A stretch of 64,000 bases of DNA from Azolla caroliniana (lineage: Eukaryota > Plantae > Polypodiophyta). The notes under the pieces were generated by a model, which did no database searches, was not told where the DNA came from, and saw only the letters and a program-made list of their open reading frames with translations. Positions 23,379 through 38,457 of the stretch are shown here, in pieces. Every line of letters begins with the position of its first letter. Position 1 is the stretch's first letter. The position numbers and the translations under genes were made by a program. The stretch covers positions 10,788,001 to 10,852,000 of the forward strand of contig JBHGNT010000016.1 of the NCBI GenBank assembly GCA_043228905.1. The letters run 5' to 3'.

Positions 23379-26300
23379 ACAATGAATTGCTGATTTCTTA
23401 ATCGCAGCTTACTTTTTGCACGTCCATGAGAACGTGCACATTTCTTTATCTACTTAGTATTGCATGTATGTACATATGTATTTTATAATGGATGCCTTCC
23501 CGCCCTCGTTTGTGCTGTTAACTCCTGCCTCACTCAATGCATTCACTAATGGGGACCACAAAGGCTCATGCATGCTCTTTCTTTACACATTCATTGATCC
23601 TCCCAATCACCCGAGTGCACATTCCAATTACGGAAACGTTGCACTTTATCTCGTAGCTAGTAGTTTATTCCTGTTATGTCGCTCCAAAGTCATTGCGACT
23701 GATCCGATCGCTTACTATTTGTGGATTCCTAAATTCGTACACAATTTGATTTACTAGCTTGCTGAGATTGCTTAGTTGTCATGTGGATTCCTAAACACAT
23801 AAATCTTTTAGAAAAGACTCTAGAATCACTTTTCATCATCTTCCATGATGTCATCCTGCGAGTTTGGAAAACCTTCATCTAAAGAGAAATTACAAATACA
23901 TGATTGCCACTCTAGACATGGCTTTGTTGCGAATGTATATATAACTACATGGAATCATGACGGATTTCCCATATGTCATTTGATGTATACTGAAAATTCC
24001 AATGTTTGATTATTTGGACATGCAACACATTTTGTTGGGTATGTAGATTTCAATATTGCCAACCATGTGAAATTATTAGAACCAAATGCTTTTATTAATG
24101 TCACATTAGCAATCACGAGATGTTGGTTAGTCTATGAAACCAATGGTTGCCTATAGCAAAGAACATTTTATTAGGTTTGCATAGTATTGAGCAATAATAA
24201 CTTCTTCCAAAAAACAATGAGGTCACCCAATCTATTGTTTGGTAAGAGTTTCTAGTGTGGAAGGAAATGTGTCACCTTGGTGATTTGATCGTCCACTGTG
24301 AGAATGGTATCAAAAGCCTTGGAAATCAGGACTCACAAAAGCAAGCTAAAGTTGTATCAAAACCATATTGACAATGTTTAGGCATCGTAGATAACCAATA
24401 CATCACAAGTATGAAGATAGTCCTGAAGATTGAGCCACCAATACTTTCATGCAACCAATATGGTTGTCTTATGGAGTGCAAAATGTCCATCCACGCATGC
24501 ATCATGGTACTACTATAAGATTCAAAGAAAAAAAGCCATATAAAAAAGTAAACTTGTTAAGTCAAACTAATCATAACATTTTACGAGAATTCTTAGATTT
24601 TGAGTAGGAAACACATTCTAGAATAATATGATTGAACTAGTTTGGTGTGAGAACATTTTATCACATCGATCAAACTAAAACATGTAAGAAATTGCAACAA
24701 ACAAACATTTTGTTGACTCCAGCCTCAAGCATTTTGGAGGAATATGAGGTGCATCTATTCATTACTGAATTAATTTTGGTGTGGAGAACCATCAAAGAGC
24801 CGATGTCACTATTTAGTAGCATCCATAATATTGGCTGAAATCTCGTTGTCACGGACTTAATAATTAAGTTTTGGAACTTCAAATTGTTGCAAATGGAAGG
24901 TCATTTGATGTAGTTGTGAGTCATTCGTGATTTGCAAAATTGCAAAACCAAAGGCAAAATTAAATGCATCAAACTCCATGATAAAGAGCTAAATTGAGTT
25001 TGCACCCACCAGAATGGGGATTTGTATCTACTAAATAACTTGAAAAGAATAATTCTTCTCTATAGCTCATGAGAGGGGACACATGATAATGGAGTACTCT
25101 TCAATGAAACGTGATAAAAACACTATCTTTTATACCGTAAAGGTGGCATCAATCCATGATAATTTGAAATTTTTTTGAATACATATCTCTAATCGATATA
25201 TTTCCACCATATATCCTTGAAACTCCTCTAGACTAAGGTCAAAACTACAATATCTCTAATCAATGCATAAACGTCATGTAACCATCATCATATAACTTTA
25301 CGAACATGGCCATCCTACTCTATATCACTTTTCATACAAATAAAAATTTCATCCACATAAACTATCATGACGATGTTGAGGAACATTCGGAAAACATCAT
25401 TTTCCATAACCAAAACTCCCCTCCGTTATGTATGGAGGTTCCATATCATTGGTATTAGGTAACATGGTAAACCCTCCATTTCTAGATACCAAAAGTTGAT
25501 ATCAATCCCTATAAACAATTTACACATACACATACACATACACATAAATTCATGCATCAACATAAATATATACACATTCATCAACAAGCATACACATACA
25601 CACATTGATGCAAATAGACTTATACAATTATACTCATAAATATATATGATATTTACCAATTACACAAGCACACACAGGCACACACAGACATATACAAATA
25701 TACATAATTATACATTGTTACATTCATGTCCACTACAACATTCATACGCATAGATATATACAATTACACAGTAAGCATACATTCATATAATCATACACAC
25801 TAAAATCATTTTCATGTGTTGTAGGTAAATATGGAGTTGTTCTTTGAGTAATTACCATCAACCATCCCAACTCTTCTATTCTTTGTAGAGAATTTCATGA
25901 TGATGTTGGGCTATACAAAGGCAGATATAACATCATGCATGGCTCTCTTACGAAAACTTAAGTACGATAACCTTTATAAATGTGTTAGCCAATTACAACA
26001 TTGTTAGAGTTATGATCTAAAGTAAGCATATGATAAGGATAAAAGATAGATAGATAAAAAGGAGAGAGAGAAAGAAGGGTGCCAATCGAGGCTCGAGTCC
26101 GTCTCGATCCCTTTGCTCAGGGATGGTCGGGTGGATCGACACCCTTCTTCTAAAGTGAAACCGATGCAAGCGATTATGCTATAGGTGTTGTCTTATATCA
26201 AGATGGTAAACCAATAGCATTCGAGAGTAAGAAACTTGATTATGCTCAATGTCGGTATACCGTTCAAGAAAAGGTGTTATTTGCAGTTATACATAAGCTC

Positions 26301-26678
26301 AAAACATGGCGCCATTATCTTTATGGAAATCGTTTTGTGGTAACTACGGACCACAAGTCCTTAAAATATTTTTGTGACCAACAAGACCTGAAAGGTCGTA
26401 AGGCATGGTGGGCTGATCTCATCTAGGACTTTGATTTTTCCATACGATATCGTAAAGGTTCCATGAACATTGTCATTGATGCACTAAGTCGCATCCTTGA
26501 AGTTAACATGCTTAGCTTCACTAAAAAATCTTCAGATCTTTATGATCACCTTTGAGGAAAGTATCCTGATGATAGTTATTTTGCGACATACTGGGCAAGA
26601 GTTGAGTCTGGAACAGACACCACCACATCCTTGAAGGAATCCTTCCACATTGCTAACGGTCTACTCTACCGTAATGGT

Positions 26679-26777
26679 TGTCGGGAATGAACAAAGCCGT
26701 CAGTGCGGAAGAGATCACACACTATGAATCTGTGAGGAAGAAATACCTGCGTATGAGAGAGGCAAGAACAAGATACG

Positions 26778-26863
<86 letters not shown>

Positions 26864-29800
26864 CACAAAGCATATATCTATATTCATAAAAAAGGGGCAA
26901 CAGTTACAACAATGAACAACCAACATTTACAAAAGGTTACAAAGTCACTTTATATAGTGACTCACATAAGGCAACTGCCCTTTATGTTATTTACAGAAAT
27001 AGCCTGAACTTGGGCTCTCTAAGAGAATAGTGTGAATACGTCCATTATACATTTGTATTCAACACTCCCCTGTAATGGGCGTATACATGGGTTATCTAAA
27101 AAATACAGGTATAGGCATAGGTTCTCAGACAGGTCGGTTTTGTTCGAATCGGCCTGATCCGTAGACAGAAGACCGAACTGGTTGGGTCGGAAAAGCTGAA
27201 GCCAATCGTTAGTGAACCAATGTTTGTTGTCCGAAACCATCCTGCGCTATGTCCGGCTTCAACCGGACCGATATGTTGTTACGCCCATCTATTGCCGAAG
27301 AGACCGGAACCGGTTTGCCGAAAGACACTTGGTCATTCCGTCTGTGACATTGTCGATTGTGGATATCTTCTCTAAACCGATTTTCCCGGAAATGACGTAG
27401 TCCTGAATGAAGTGATATCGAACTTCGATATGCTTGGAGGCGTTGTGATGAACCGGATTTTTCGACAAAGCAACAACACTCTGACTGTCGTTGTAGACAA
27501 CTGGAGCCAAGTCGGAGTCGACTTGCCGAAACGTGTGCGCCAACCGACCGAGCCATAAAGCTTCTTTCGCTGCGTCGGAGGCAGCTACATATTCTGCTTC
27601 GGTCGTTGAGGTGGTTGTGCACTCCTGAAGTTTCGACTTCCATGAGATTGCTCCATTGCCGAATTTAAAGCAATATCCGGTTGTTGACTTGCGACTGTCC
27701 ACACAGCCGGCGAAGTCTGAGTCGGTGTAACCGGCTACGCCTGAAGTTGAGTTCGGACCGAAAAGGATGCCGTGGTCTTTTGTGCCAACTAAATATCTGA
27801 ACACATGCTTGACTGCGTTCCAGTGCGATCGGTCGGGATTGTGCATAAATCTGCTGATGACTCCTACGGCGTGAGAAATATCAGGCTGTGTCGCGACCAT
27901 CGCGTCCATCAGAGAGCCTACTGCCGGTGCATACGGTACCAACTTCATGTCTTCCCCCTCCGGACCGGATGTCGGACAGTCTCGCTGAGAAAGCCGAAGA
28001 TGAACGGGGAGCGGGGTCGAAGCAGACTTGGCCGATCGCATGTTGAAGCGTTCCAAGACACGTCCGATGTAGTCGGTTTGAGACAGAAAAAGCTGTCTTT
28101 TGGCGCGATTCCAACTAATCTTCATTCCGAGTATGTGTCTTGCCGGACCGAGGTCCTTCATGGCAAACTTCAATCGCAGTTTCCGAACGAGTTCGGTGAG
28201 CTCTCCGGTATACCGACCGGAGAGTAGCATGTCGTCCACGTAGATGATGAGGAAGACGGGAGAACCGTCTTGAGCTGTTTTGGTGAAGAGGCAGTGATCC
28301 TCATCGCTCTTGGAGAAGCCGACCGATTGGATGAAATCGTCGAACTTCGTGTACCACTGTCGGGGTGCCTATTTCAGGCCGTAAAGACTCTTCCTGAGTC
28401 GGCAGACTAGATGTTCCTGACTGGTGGCCACAAAGCCTTTCGGCTGCTCCATGTAGATTTCCTCCTTTAGATCACCGTGGAGGAATGCCGTTTTCATATC
28501 TAGCTGAATCAGCTCCAAATTGTCGGCAGCCACAACACCGAGCATGAAACGAAGGGTTGTCATTTTCACCACTGGTGAAAAGATTTCATCAAAGTCGACG
28601 CCATATTCCTGTCGAAATCCCTTCGCAACTAATCTGGCCTTGTACTTTGGGGTGGTCGAGTCGGACGTCTCCTTTAGTCTATACACCCACTTGCAAGGAA
28701 GAGCACGTCGATTCTTCGGTAAATCGACCAGATCCCAAGTCTTGTTGGCGCGGATGGAGTGCATTTCCGACTCCATTGCCAAATGCCAGGTGGCTGAATC
28801 GGCAGCTGCCGATGCTTCTTCGTAGGACGTCGGTTCGCCGGCGTCGGTGAAGAAAATTCCGGGAGAGTACCTCTCCGGAGGTTGCGACAGTCTCTCGGAT
28901 CTTCGAGGTAAGACTGGACTGGTCGCACCGGGTGTCGATGTCAGATGGTCGGATGCCGAGCCATTCGGCTGTGCCGAATCTGTGGATTCGGTGCAAGAGA
29001 AGTCGGTTACCCGTGAAACCGGTCTCGTGTTGTATGTTGGGCCATCATGAAGGGTTGGCACTTCGGAAAATATTACCCTTCGAACTTCAATAGGCCTTTT
29101 GGCCGTTTTGTGCATAGTCGACTCATTGAACACGACGTCCGAACTTCGGACGATTTGCCTGTACTCGGGGTCCCAGAGTCGGTATCCGATCTCGCCGTCA
29201 GGTCCATACCAAGGGAAAATGCATTTCCTTGATCTCGGTTTGAGTTTTCGACGGTCGTCTTTCGGTATGAGGGCGTATGCCTCGCAACCGAAAATCCTCA
29301 GCTTATCATAATTCGGCTTTCTGCCGGTCCATAATTCTTGAGGTATCTTAAGTCCTAGAGGTCTACTTGGCGACATATTGATTATGTGTACTGCCGTGAG
29401 TAGAGCCTCTGCCCAAAAGCCATCCGACAGTCCGGAGTGTTGGAGCATGGATACAATGCGTTCTTGAATCGTTCGATTCATGCGTTCTGCGATTCCGTTC
29501 TGCTCCAGACTATATGGTGCCGTATATTCACGTCTAATGCCGCGTTCTCGGCAAAATTTGACGAATTCATCAAATTTGAACTCACTTCCATTGTCGGTTC
29601 CGAGACACTTCAATTTCCGACCGGTCTGGTTTTCGACCATTGCGAGCCAATCTGAAAAGATCGAGAACACCCGATCTTTGCTTCTGATGGGGTAAGCCCA
29701 CACCTTCCGAGTCGAGTCGTCAATGAGATTGACGAAGTACGAGGCACCGCCGAGTGACTGATGTGGCATCGGGTCACAGACGTCCGAGTGGACCAAATCG

Positions 29801-32312
29801 AGCGGGCTTGACTCTCTTGGTGGTGATGTCGGGTGTGATGCGGCTACCTGTTTGCCGTATTGGCAATGCTCGCAAAACTGATGGTCCGAGAAGGAGAGTT
29901 TCAGGATGTATCTGGCTCTAGATAGGTGCGTGATGCCGGCCTTGCTGAGGTGTCCAAGTCGTCCATGAGTGTGACATACAAGGATATCTACCAGAAATAA
30001 GTCACCCTCTCTGAGTGTGACATACAAAGGGTACAATGAGTGTACCTTTGGTCCTCTAGCAAGCAGGAGGTTCCCTCTGTGGAGTGTCCACCCTCCTGAT
30101 GAGAAACCAGCACGGATGCCAGCTTCATCAAGTTGTCTGACTGAGATCACGGGTTGTGAGAGCTCAGGAACGTGTCGGACATTGTGTAGTAGGAGTGTAG
30201 AGTCACCCGGAAGGTTGAGCTCTACGATGCCGATTCCGATCATAGCACAGTGCTGCGAATTTCCGACTCGAACTGAGTCGGAGTGCCGGTCCGAATATTG
30301 CCGAAACTGTGATCGGTGAGGTGTCACGTGATACGACGCGCCCGAGTCCAGAAGCCATGTGCTCGATTCCTCAGTCGTAAGCAGAACTTCTGATTCGACT
30401 GGATTCTCTATGGACAATATGTTCGGGTCAGTCGTCAATTTCTCGGCTGAAGAGCCGACGTAGTTGACTTCCTCATGCCGGTTACTCCTCTAATCAGCTC
30501 TCTGAGCTTTGTCTGTGTTTGACTTGAGTACCCGACAGTCGGCCTTGATGTGTCCCGGTTTCTTGCAGTAGTTGCAGATTCGGGTTTCCCGGGACTTGCT
30601 GTTGCTTCGGTGATTTGTCGATGGTCGGGAAGAACTTCTTCCCCGGTTGTTCGATCGGCCGGTCGAACCTTGTACTACATAGGCTTCTTCTGCTGAGTCT
30701 TTGGTGAAAGACTTTCTCCGAGCTGCTTCAGTCAGGATTGCACTTGTGACTTCGGAGTACTTGATGGCAGTCGTAGAAGCGTTGCACACAGTTGTAACAA
30801 AGGTTTCCCAAGAGGAGGGGAGACTGCTCATGAGTATCATTGCTCTGAGTTCATCCTCGATTGTCGTCCCTTGTGATGAGATTTGGGAGCTCAAACTTTC
30901 GTACTCGTTAAGGTGTGCCTGAACCGAATCAGAGTCTTTCATCCGTAAGTTGTAGAGGCGCCGGATCAAATACATCTTCGTTGAGGCGACTTTCTTTTCG
31001 TAGGTTTCCGACAGCTTCTTCCAAAGTTTGAAGGCTGTCGTGCACGATTGCACTGTGAAGTACACTGACTCCGACAGGTGCATCCGAATCGTGGCGCGAA
31101 CGATTCTGTCCAGCTTCTGCCACTCATTTGCCTTGTATATTTCTGGAGCAGTTTCATTCTCAATCGGATCGATCTGACCCTTGACTATAAGATAGTCCTA
31201 CATTTGCTCCTTCCAAAAATTGAAGTTCAAACCGTCGAACCTCCTTAGACTCATTTCCGATGAGCTGGATGTTGATGCCATCAGATTCGGTTTCGGTTAA
31301 CGAAGCTCGGTTCGGAGTTGACTACGAACCTTTTTGGAGTGCAGCCAGTCGGCTCACCTGGTATCGTTCTAGTCGGATTTGAACCCGAGTCGGTTCGGCT
31401 TCGGATATATGTATTGTTGAACTTGCTCGAATTGACTCCGATAACTTGAGGGATAGAACCAACTGGTCTTCCCGAATGTTGCCGAGTCGGAGTGAGCCCG
31501 GTTCGCTTCCGAATATATATGCCAAATACCGATTATTGAAACTGATTGTCTGGATCGATTCTGCTTCGGGTGACTGCAGTGACGAGAGAGATGGATCCAA
31601 TTGATCCTCCCAAATGTCGATCAGCCGGATGAAGCACGAATTGGGGTTGTTGTCTTGAGACCGATCTGCACCAAGTGGTTACAATGGGCGGCGAGCAGCG
31701 TTCGATGACCTGTTCGGATGCCGTTTAACCGAGTGGAGCACGATCATGTCAATGTTGCACAAGGTGATTTCACCTCGAGCGGTTACGATCACAAGGAGCA
31801 GAGTACAGCCGGCTGGCTTACTCCAAGCGAAGATGATCTAACGCGATGAGATGCAAGCCTCGTTTTTCTTCTTCTTCTCTCTTCTCTGTTTCTTCAAATA
31901 CAAAGCAAAAGAAAAATCAGAATGTTGTGATCCAAAGATTCGAATGGCGGCCGACAGCGGGATGAAGGACATCCAAGCTCTGATACCAAATGTAGGGAAT
32001 GAACAAAGCCGTCAGTGCGGAAGAGATCACACAGTATGAATCTGTGAGGAAGAAATACCTACATATGAGAGAGGCAAGAACAAGATACGTACACAGAGAG
32101 AGAGAGAGAGGCACAAAGCATATATCTATATTCATAAAAAAGGGGCAACAGTTACAACAATGAACAACCAACATTTACAAAAGGTTACAAAGTCACTTTA
32201 TATAGTGACTCACACAGGGCAACTGCCCTTTATGTTATTTACAGAAAAAGCCCGAACTTGGGCTCTCTAAGAGAATAGTGTGAATACGTCCATTATACAT
32301 TTGTATTCGACA
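26679..32312 (-). mobile_element. Full-length Ty1/Copia element nested in E
   Basis: LTRs 26679-27064 and 31991-32312. TSD ATGGT. iMet PBS 31977-31988. PPT next to 27065. gag 30490-31083, PR-IN-RT 28369-30438, RT-RH 27289-28239. Confidence 0.97.
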
Positions 32313-33229
32313 ATGGTAAGGTTTGTGTTCCAGATTTGCCTGAGGTCAAAAAGAGAATTATTTTTTAATGCCATGATGCACCCTCAACAAGGCACCATGG
32401 AATACATCATACACTCGTTCTCATCTCCACTCAATTTTATTAGCCTAAGATGCGTCCTGACATACATAGCTATGTGACTAAATGTTACCAATGCTAGGTT
32501 AACAAAGCCGAGCGACTTAAAGCCATGGATTTTATTGTTAGCCTTCCTCGCACCCCAAAAGGCCATGATGCCATGTGGGTTGTGGTTGATAGACTAACTA
32601 AAATGGCCAGATTTATTGCTACTAAAACCATGGTAACAACTCCTAAATTGGCTTACCAATTCGTTGATGAGTTATTTCGTTTTTATGGGTTACCGATGGA
32701 TATTGTGAGTGATCGAGATCCAAAGTTTACTAGTGACTTCTAGACGCAAGTCTTTAAGAAGTTAGAAACTACATTGAGCATGAGCTCCACGGATCATCCT
32801 CAATCCGATGGACAGACAGAACAAGTAAATGAAATAACTGAGGACATGCTTCGAGCATAAGTTGGTGCAAAACCAACAAAGTGGGAATGTTATTTCCCAA
32901 ATTTGGAGTTTTCTTATAACAGCTCCAAGCATACGTCGACAAGATATAGTCCTTTTATGTTGATGTATGGTTTTCAGCCACGAGCCCAATTGATGTTATT
33001 ATACATCATGATGAGTTGTTAAGTACGCAAAGCTTTCTTTGGGATATGCAAGATATGTTGCATATTGCACAAGATAATATAAAAACAGCTGAAGATAGAG
33101 CACATTTTTACGCCGATCATAATAGGCAACCTCGAGTATTCAACCTTGGACAGAAGGTATTTTTACATGTACCTCACAATTCCAAGACATTGTCTATGGG
33201 TAAGTGCACTAAGTTAGCGCCATTGTTTT

Positions 33230-36200
33230 TGTTGTTCGGTCGACAATTGATACTTTGCCGACACAGTATAAGACGAACGTTCGTACCGAACGTCCTATCA
33301 AGAAGTTGTGGTTAAACAAATAGATACGAATTAGTTGTAAACTTATCAGTGACAATAGACACCGAGATCGTGACTTATGTAATATAGTTTAGACAAAATG
33401 AAATAGACAGCAAGAGCGATTCGTACACAGAGATTTCCTAACTAAACTTTATATTACTAATTACAACGATAGATCTTTTACAATGCCTTTGGTTCCTTTT
33501 ATAGGTAACCCGAAGGTCTTTTCTCATCAAGAAATCCTACTACCTATAATTATCAAGAATTACAAAACTTCATAACTAACTATGTCCTATTCGGCTAACT
33601 GCCGAGTCATCAATCCGAACTATCGATACGACTCCGACTCCGACTTCGAACTTCCTTTTGACTCCGACACATCCATACTTGTCCGGGTAACACTTGGCAC
33701 GTCCGTGGGCCAGTGCGATTCCCGAAGAATGACGGATTTTTCGAATTGTTGTACTACTCTTGTCCAAATACCATATACTCCTTTATGATACAGAGTGTCA
33801 TTCAAAAGACAAAAATTACGACTCCGTACCGCCAACCTTTTTCTTTCGTCTGTTTATAGATGTTTGGGTGGTATCCCTGTTGTAAGAAAGATTGTCATCT
33901 CTGAGATCCAAGTATCCTCCCTTTCTTCATTTATCTCTTGTGCATTTACTGCTTCCACTCGAAAAAGCTGGGCATCCACAAAATCATCTTTGACACCTGT
34001 GCCTTCTTCTCTTGACTCCAGTCGGCTGAGATAATCAACCACTGCATGTTGTACTCCTGGCCGATGTAAAATGTCAAATTCAAATTCTTGGAGTAGAAGA
34101 GTCCATCTTGCTAACTTACCGGTTAATTCCTGTTTTGAGACCAAATAAAGAAGAGCCGAATGATCAACATGAAATGTAAACTTTTTTCCCAAAAGATAGT
34201 GTCGAAATTTATTGAAAATATAGATCATTCCCAAAGCTTCCCTCTCAGTGCTAGAATAGTTTCTCTCCGATGTCGAGAGTTTCCGACTAGCATAGTATAC
34301 TGGCCTGTACAAATTCGGTTCGGTCAATTGCATTAATGCACTTCCGGTTGTGATGTCCGATGCGTCGACAAAAACATGAAATGGATTATTCCAGTTAGGT
34401 GGTTGAACCACTGGAACTTTGGACAACATTTTCTTGAGACAATCATATGCATCCTGTTCCACGCTTTTCCACTGAAAAGGAACTTTGTGCACTGTTGTAT
34501 GTAAGGGCATGGCAATATCCGCAAGATATCTTATCATTCTGTTGTGCCATCTAATTCGACCTAAAAACCGACTGAGAGCTTTAGCATTTGTGGGTGCCGG
34601 TGCTTCCAGTATGGCTTTAACCTTGTAAGGGTCCACTACAATTCCTTCTTGACTGACAATATGGCCTAATAATGTGCTACTAGTGACCCCGAATGCGCAT
34701 TTTGCCGGATTTAAACTAAGTCGACCTGTCCGACATTTCTCCAAACACGTAAATGCTCAAAATGTTCGTTTTTCTGACTATAAACCGCGAAATCATCCAA
34801 AAAGACTTGCATAAATGCAGGAATGTAATCCCCAAATATTTCCTGTATCACTCTTTGGAATGTCACCGGGGCGGTCTTCAAGCCAAACATCATTACTACC
34901 GCTACAAGCACTCCTCACTCTGTAACAAAAGTTGTCTTTTCTTAATCTTTCGGATTCATCCGAACCTGATTATAACCACTAAAACCATCTAGGAAACTAT
35001 ATACTTCATGGCCCGCTACCACATCCAATATACCATCCGTAAATGGTAATGGGAATGCATCCGTAACGGTAGCCGCATTTAGTTTTCGGTAGTCGACACA
35101 TACTCGAATCTTGCCATTCTTTTTCGGAACAACTACGATTGGACTTAACCATGTTGATTTTTTCACCGGACGAATAAACCCTACTTTCAAAAGTTTAGCT
35201 ATTTCTTCTTTTACTTTAATAGCATAATTAGGATTTAATCGGTACCTGCGTTGTTGAACTGGCTTTGCATCCCTATGCAGGTTGATTTGATGTTGACAGA
35301 AAGCTAGATCAAGGCCCTTCATATCTTCAAAAGACCATGCAAAGAAATCCTTATTATTGCTTTAATAATGCAGTGAACCTTTGTTTGTCAACTTCTATCA
35401 TATCTTTAGCAATGAGTACTATTTTCAACTCATTGTCCTTATCTTCTTCTACCAAATTTATTTCCTCCAATGCTGAAGCTTGAACTCGTTGGGACACCTT
35501 CATCTCTCTGTTGGAAGCTTCTTGTTGAAGTCGTATTTCCTTCATTGCTTGCTCATCTATTGGCAATTCCTCCTGGGAATCCACATATGGTGTTAAGGCT
35601 TGTAAAATATCCACTTTGAACAAAGGAATGATTTTCGGATTATCATCAAAATACTGATTTTCTTCGACCTCATCTAATCCTTCCATCATATTGACGGACT
35701 CAACATACACAAGCAAACATTGTTTGCTTGTCACAACCTTGTTTTGTGTAGACACCGAAATTTTCGTTTTGCCTTTTCTAACTGTCAGTTGATTCTGATT
35801 CCAATTCTGCTTAATGTTAGCAGTTTTTAACCATGGGCGATCTGATAGCAAAGGATATGCACCAGGAGCTTCCAAATGAAGTATTACGGCCGATATCAGA
35901 AAACTATGAGCACCCAACACCACCTCTAATTGTCGGAGTAAGCCAATTGGTCGTACTGTACTGGTATGTGCCATTCTTAGCCAAAATGGGCAAGCTTCCC
36001 ATTTAGTAATGCCCAACCTATCACAGATGGTTTTATTAATGACATTTACTCTTGAGCCACCATCGACAATCGTATTTTCGATTTCCTGACCATGAATTAT
36101 TACTTTAATCGATGGATTTTGCTCATCCATGATTGAAGGATTGGTGCTTGGCTAACTATAGTGTACCGATACTTGTTTTGACCCTTTTTGGGCCATCAAT

Positions 36201-38457
36201 GTCGCCACCTTTTCGGTAAATCTAGGAACCAACTTGAGTAATCTGGTTAGTGGTAGTGATACTTGGCAATCTGCCAAGATCTTCCAAGTTTCCTTTTGTT
36301 CTGGTACAACCATATCTCCTGGTAATTCGGTAGCTTGGTTAATTTCATTGTCTTGGAGCATCCGGTTTACATTATTTTGGTTTGCTTCCTCTAACCATTC
36401 CTTGGCTGCTTTACGGACTGCTTCCTGAATCTCCCACTCAGATTGTTTACTTTTGCTTCTAGTGGTTACTTGTTGTATTTCTGGTATAACCATATTAACC
36501 GCTGGTCCTTTTCCTTTAGCAGGACACTGATTAGCATAATGACCAGTTTGACGGCAAATATAGCAAGTAGGAACAAACGTTCCACTTCCCTCGCCTTGCA
36601 CAAGCTGACTAGTCCCATCATTTTGCATAAACTGTTGACCATCATTCCCATTAGAATTCGGCAATTGTTGAAACTGTCGTAAGGCTTTCGGTTTGTAGAA
36701 TCTTTTATTTTTATACCGGTTCTGCTTAACCCGTCCTCCATTTTGCGGTTGCTGATTCATATTCGGTACTGTTGAGAATTCTTGATTTTGTTGAAAATTA
36801 TTTTGTTGAAAATCTTGATTGTGCTGAAAATTATTTTGTTAAAAAGCTGGATTCTGTTGAAAATGATTTTGCTGAAAGGCTTGATTTTGTTGAAAATTAT
36901 GTTGTTGATTTTGTGGAAAACTATTTTGTTGGTACCCATTATTGAACGAATTTTGATTATTTTGGTACCCGTTTTCGTACCACAATAATCAGAAAACGGG
37001 TTACCTATAAAATTTGTCTGACCAGAGCCGTCGTCTTATTGAGCAAGTTATACTCACATTGCTCGACCGAATGAAGTTTAGAATGACATATTGTGCAATG
37101 CATTCGTAGACTACATTCAATCGTCGAATGACCAGTATTTAAACAAGTAGTACACTGAACCGCTTCCCGAAATTGTAACTCCTCCATCGTTGGCAGTGTA
37201 CGATTTAGTGCTGACATATCCATATTCCGTACATTTATCGGTGGTCGGCCCATAGTGATTGCCTTATCAATCAGTTGCTCGATATTCTGATTCCAGAAAT
37301 CGAACACCTTAAGTGTTGTTCGTAATGGTTCACTAATTGCTTCAAGGAATACATGCTTCAATTCATTGCCCGGAATCGGCCTGGAAATTTGAAGTTGTAA
37401 ATTCTTAAAATGGATCACGATTTGAGACTCCGTTTCATGCTGCTCCTGATACAACGCATAAAATTGTGCTATCAAAACCTTTTGAGGTATCTGATGATAA
37501 AATAACTATAGAAATTTGGTGGTCAAGTGTTTGAATGCTTCGAACCCACAGAGACCATTTTGCGCAAACCAATTAGCGGAATAACCATCCAATGACAAAA
37601 CAAACTTAGCAATCTTAGACTTATCTTCGGCTGCCGCCGACAGACTCTAAGCTCCATGGTTAATCTCCCATGTTGTCAGGAAATCCCTCACATGCGCCTC
37701 TACATCAGTTCCCTCACAGAACTTAGAATACGGATAAGGCATATTATCCTCACTCCAGATATCGTAAAATGATTCCTCCTTCGGCTGATTTTCGTCCAAA
37801 GACTGGCTATCAGTTAAATCAGGAAGTACAGACCACATTCTACTTGTTTCCGGCTGAAATTCCTCAGTCGATTCTATCTCTAGTGCTTTCGTAACAGAAT
37901 GTGTACGAGGACGTTTACAACCAACTAGCGTATCCGGATCAGACAACATCCATTCGTCTTGTTCTCTGCTATGTGCAGATGTAACCAGGCGTGCCAAATT
38001 ATACTGTGTTGTTCGGTCGACAATTGATACTTTGCCGACACAATATAAGACGAACGTTCGTACCGAACATCCTATCAAGAAGTTGTGGTTAAACGAATAG
38101 ATACGAATTAGTTGTAAACATATCAGTGACAACAGACACCGAGATCGTGACTTATGTAATATAGTTTAGATAGAATGAAATAGATAGCAAGAGCGGTTCG
38201 TACACAGAGATTTCTTAACTAAACTTTATATTACTAATTACAACAATAAATCATTTACAGTGCCTTTGGTTCCTTTTATAGGTAAACCAAAGGTCTTTTC
38301 TCATCAAGAAATCCTATTGCCTATAAATATCAAGAATTACAAAACTTCGTAACTAACTATGTCCTATTTGGCTAACTGTTGAGTCATCGATCCGAACTGT
38401 GGATCCGACTCCGAACTTCCTTCCGACTCCGACGCATCCATACTTGTCCGGGTAACA
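33230..38457 (-). mobile_element. Non-chromovirus Ty3/Gypsy element F, integrase deleted, nested in E
   Basis: LTRs 33230-33692 and 38007-38457. TSD GTTTT. gag CCHC (CYICRQTGHYANQC), PR (IVDGGS), RT (FLDDF), RH (FVDASD). pol stops at the start of the integrase zinc finger (ILRESH). Confidence 0.93.
36760..36990 (-). repeat. Degenerate short tandem repeats in gag of F (Q/N-rich coding)
   Basis: Recurrent TTGATTTTGTTGAAAATTATTTTG-like units. Confidence 0.7.
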
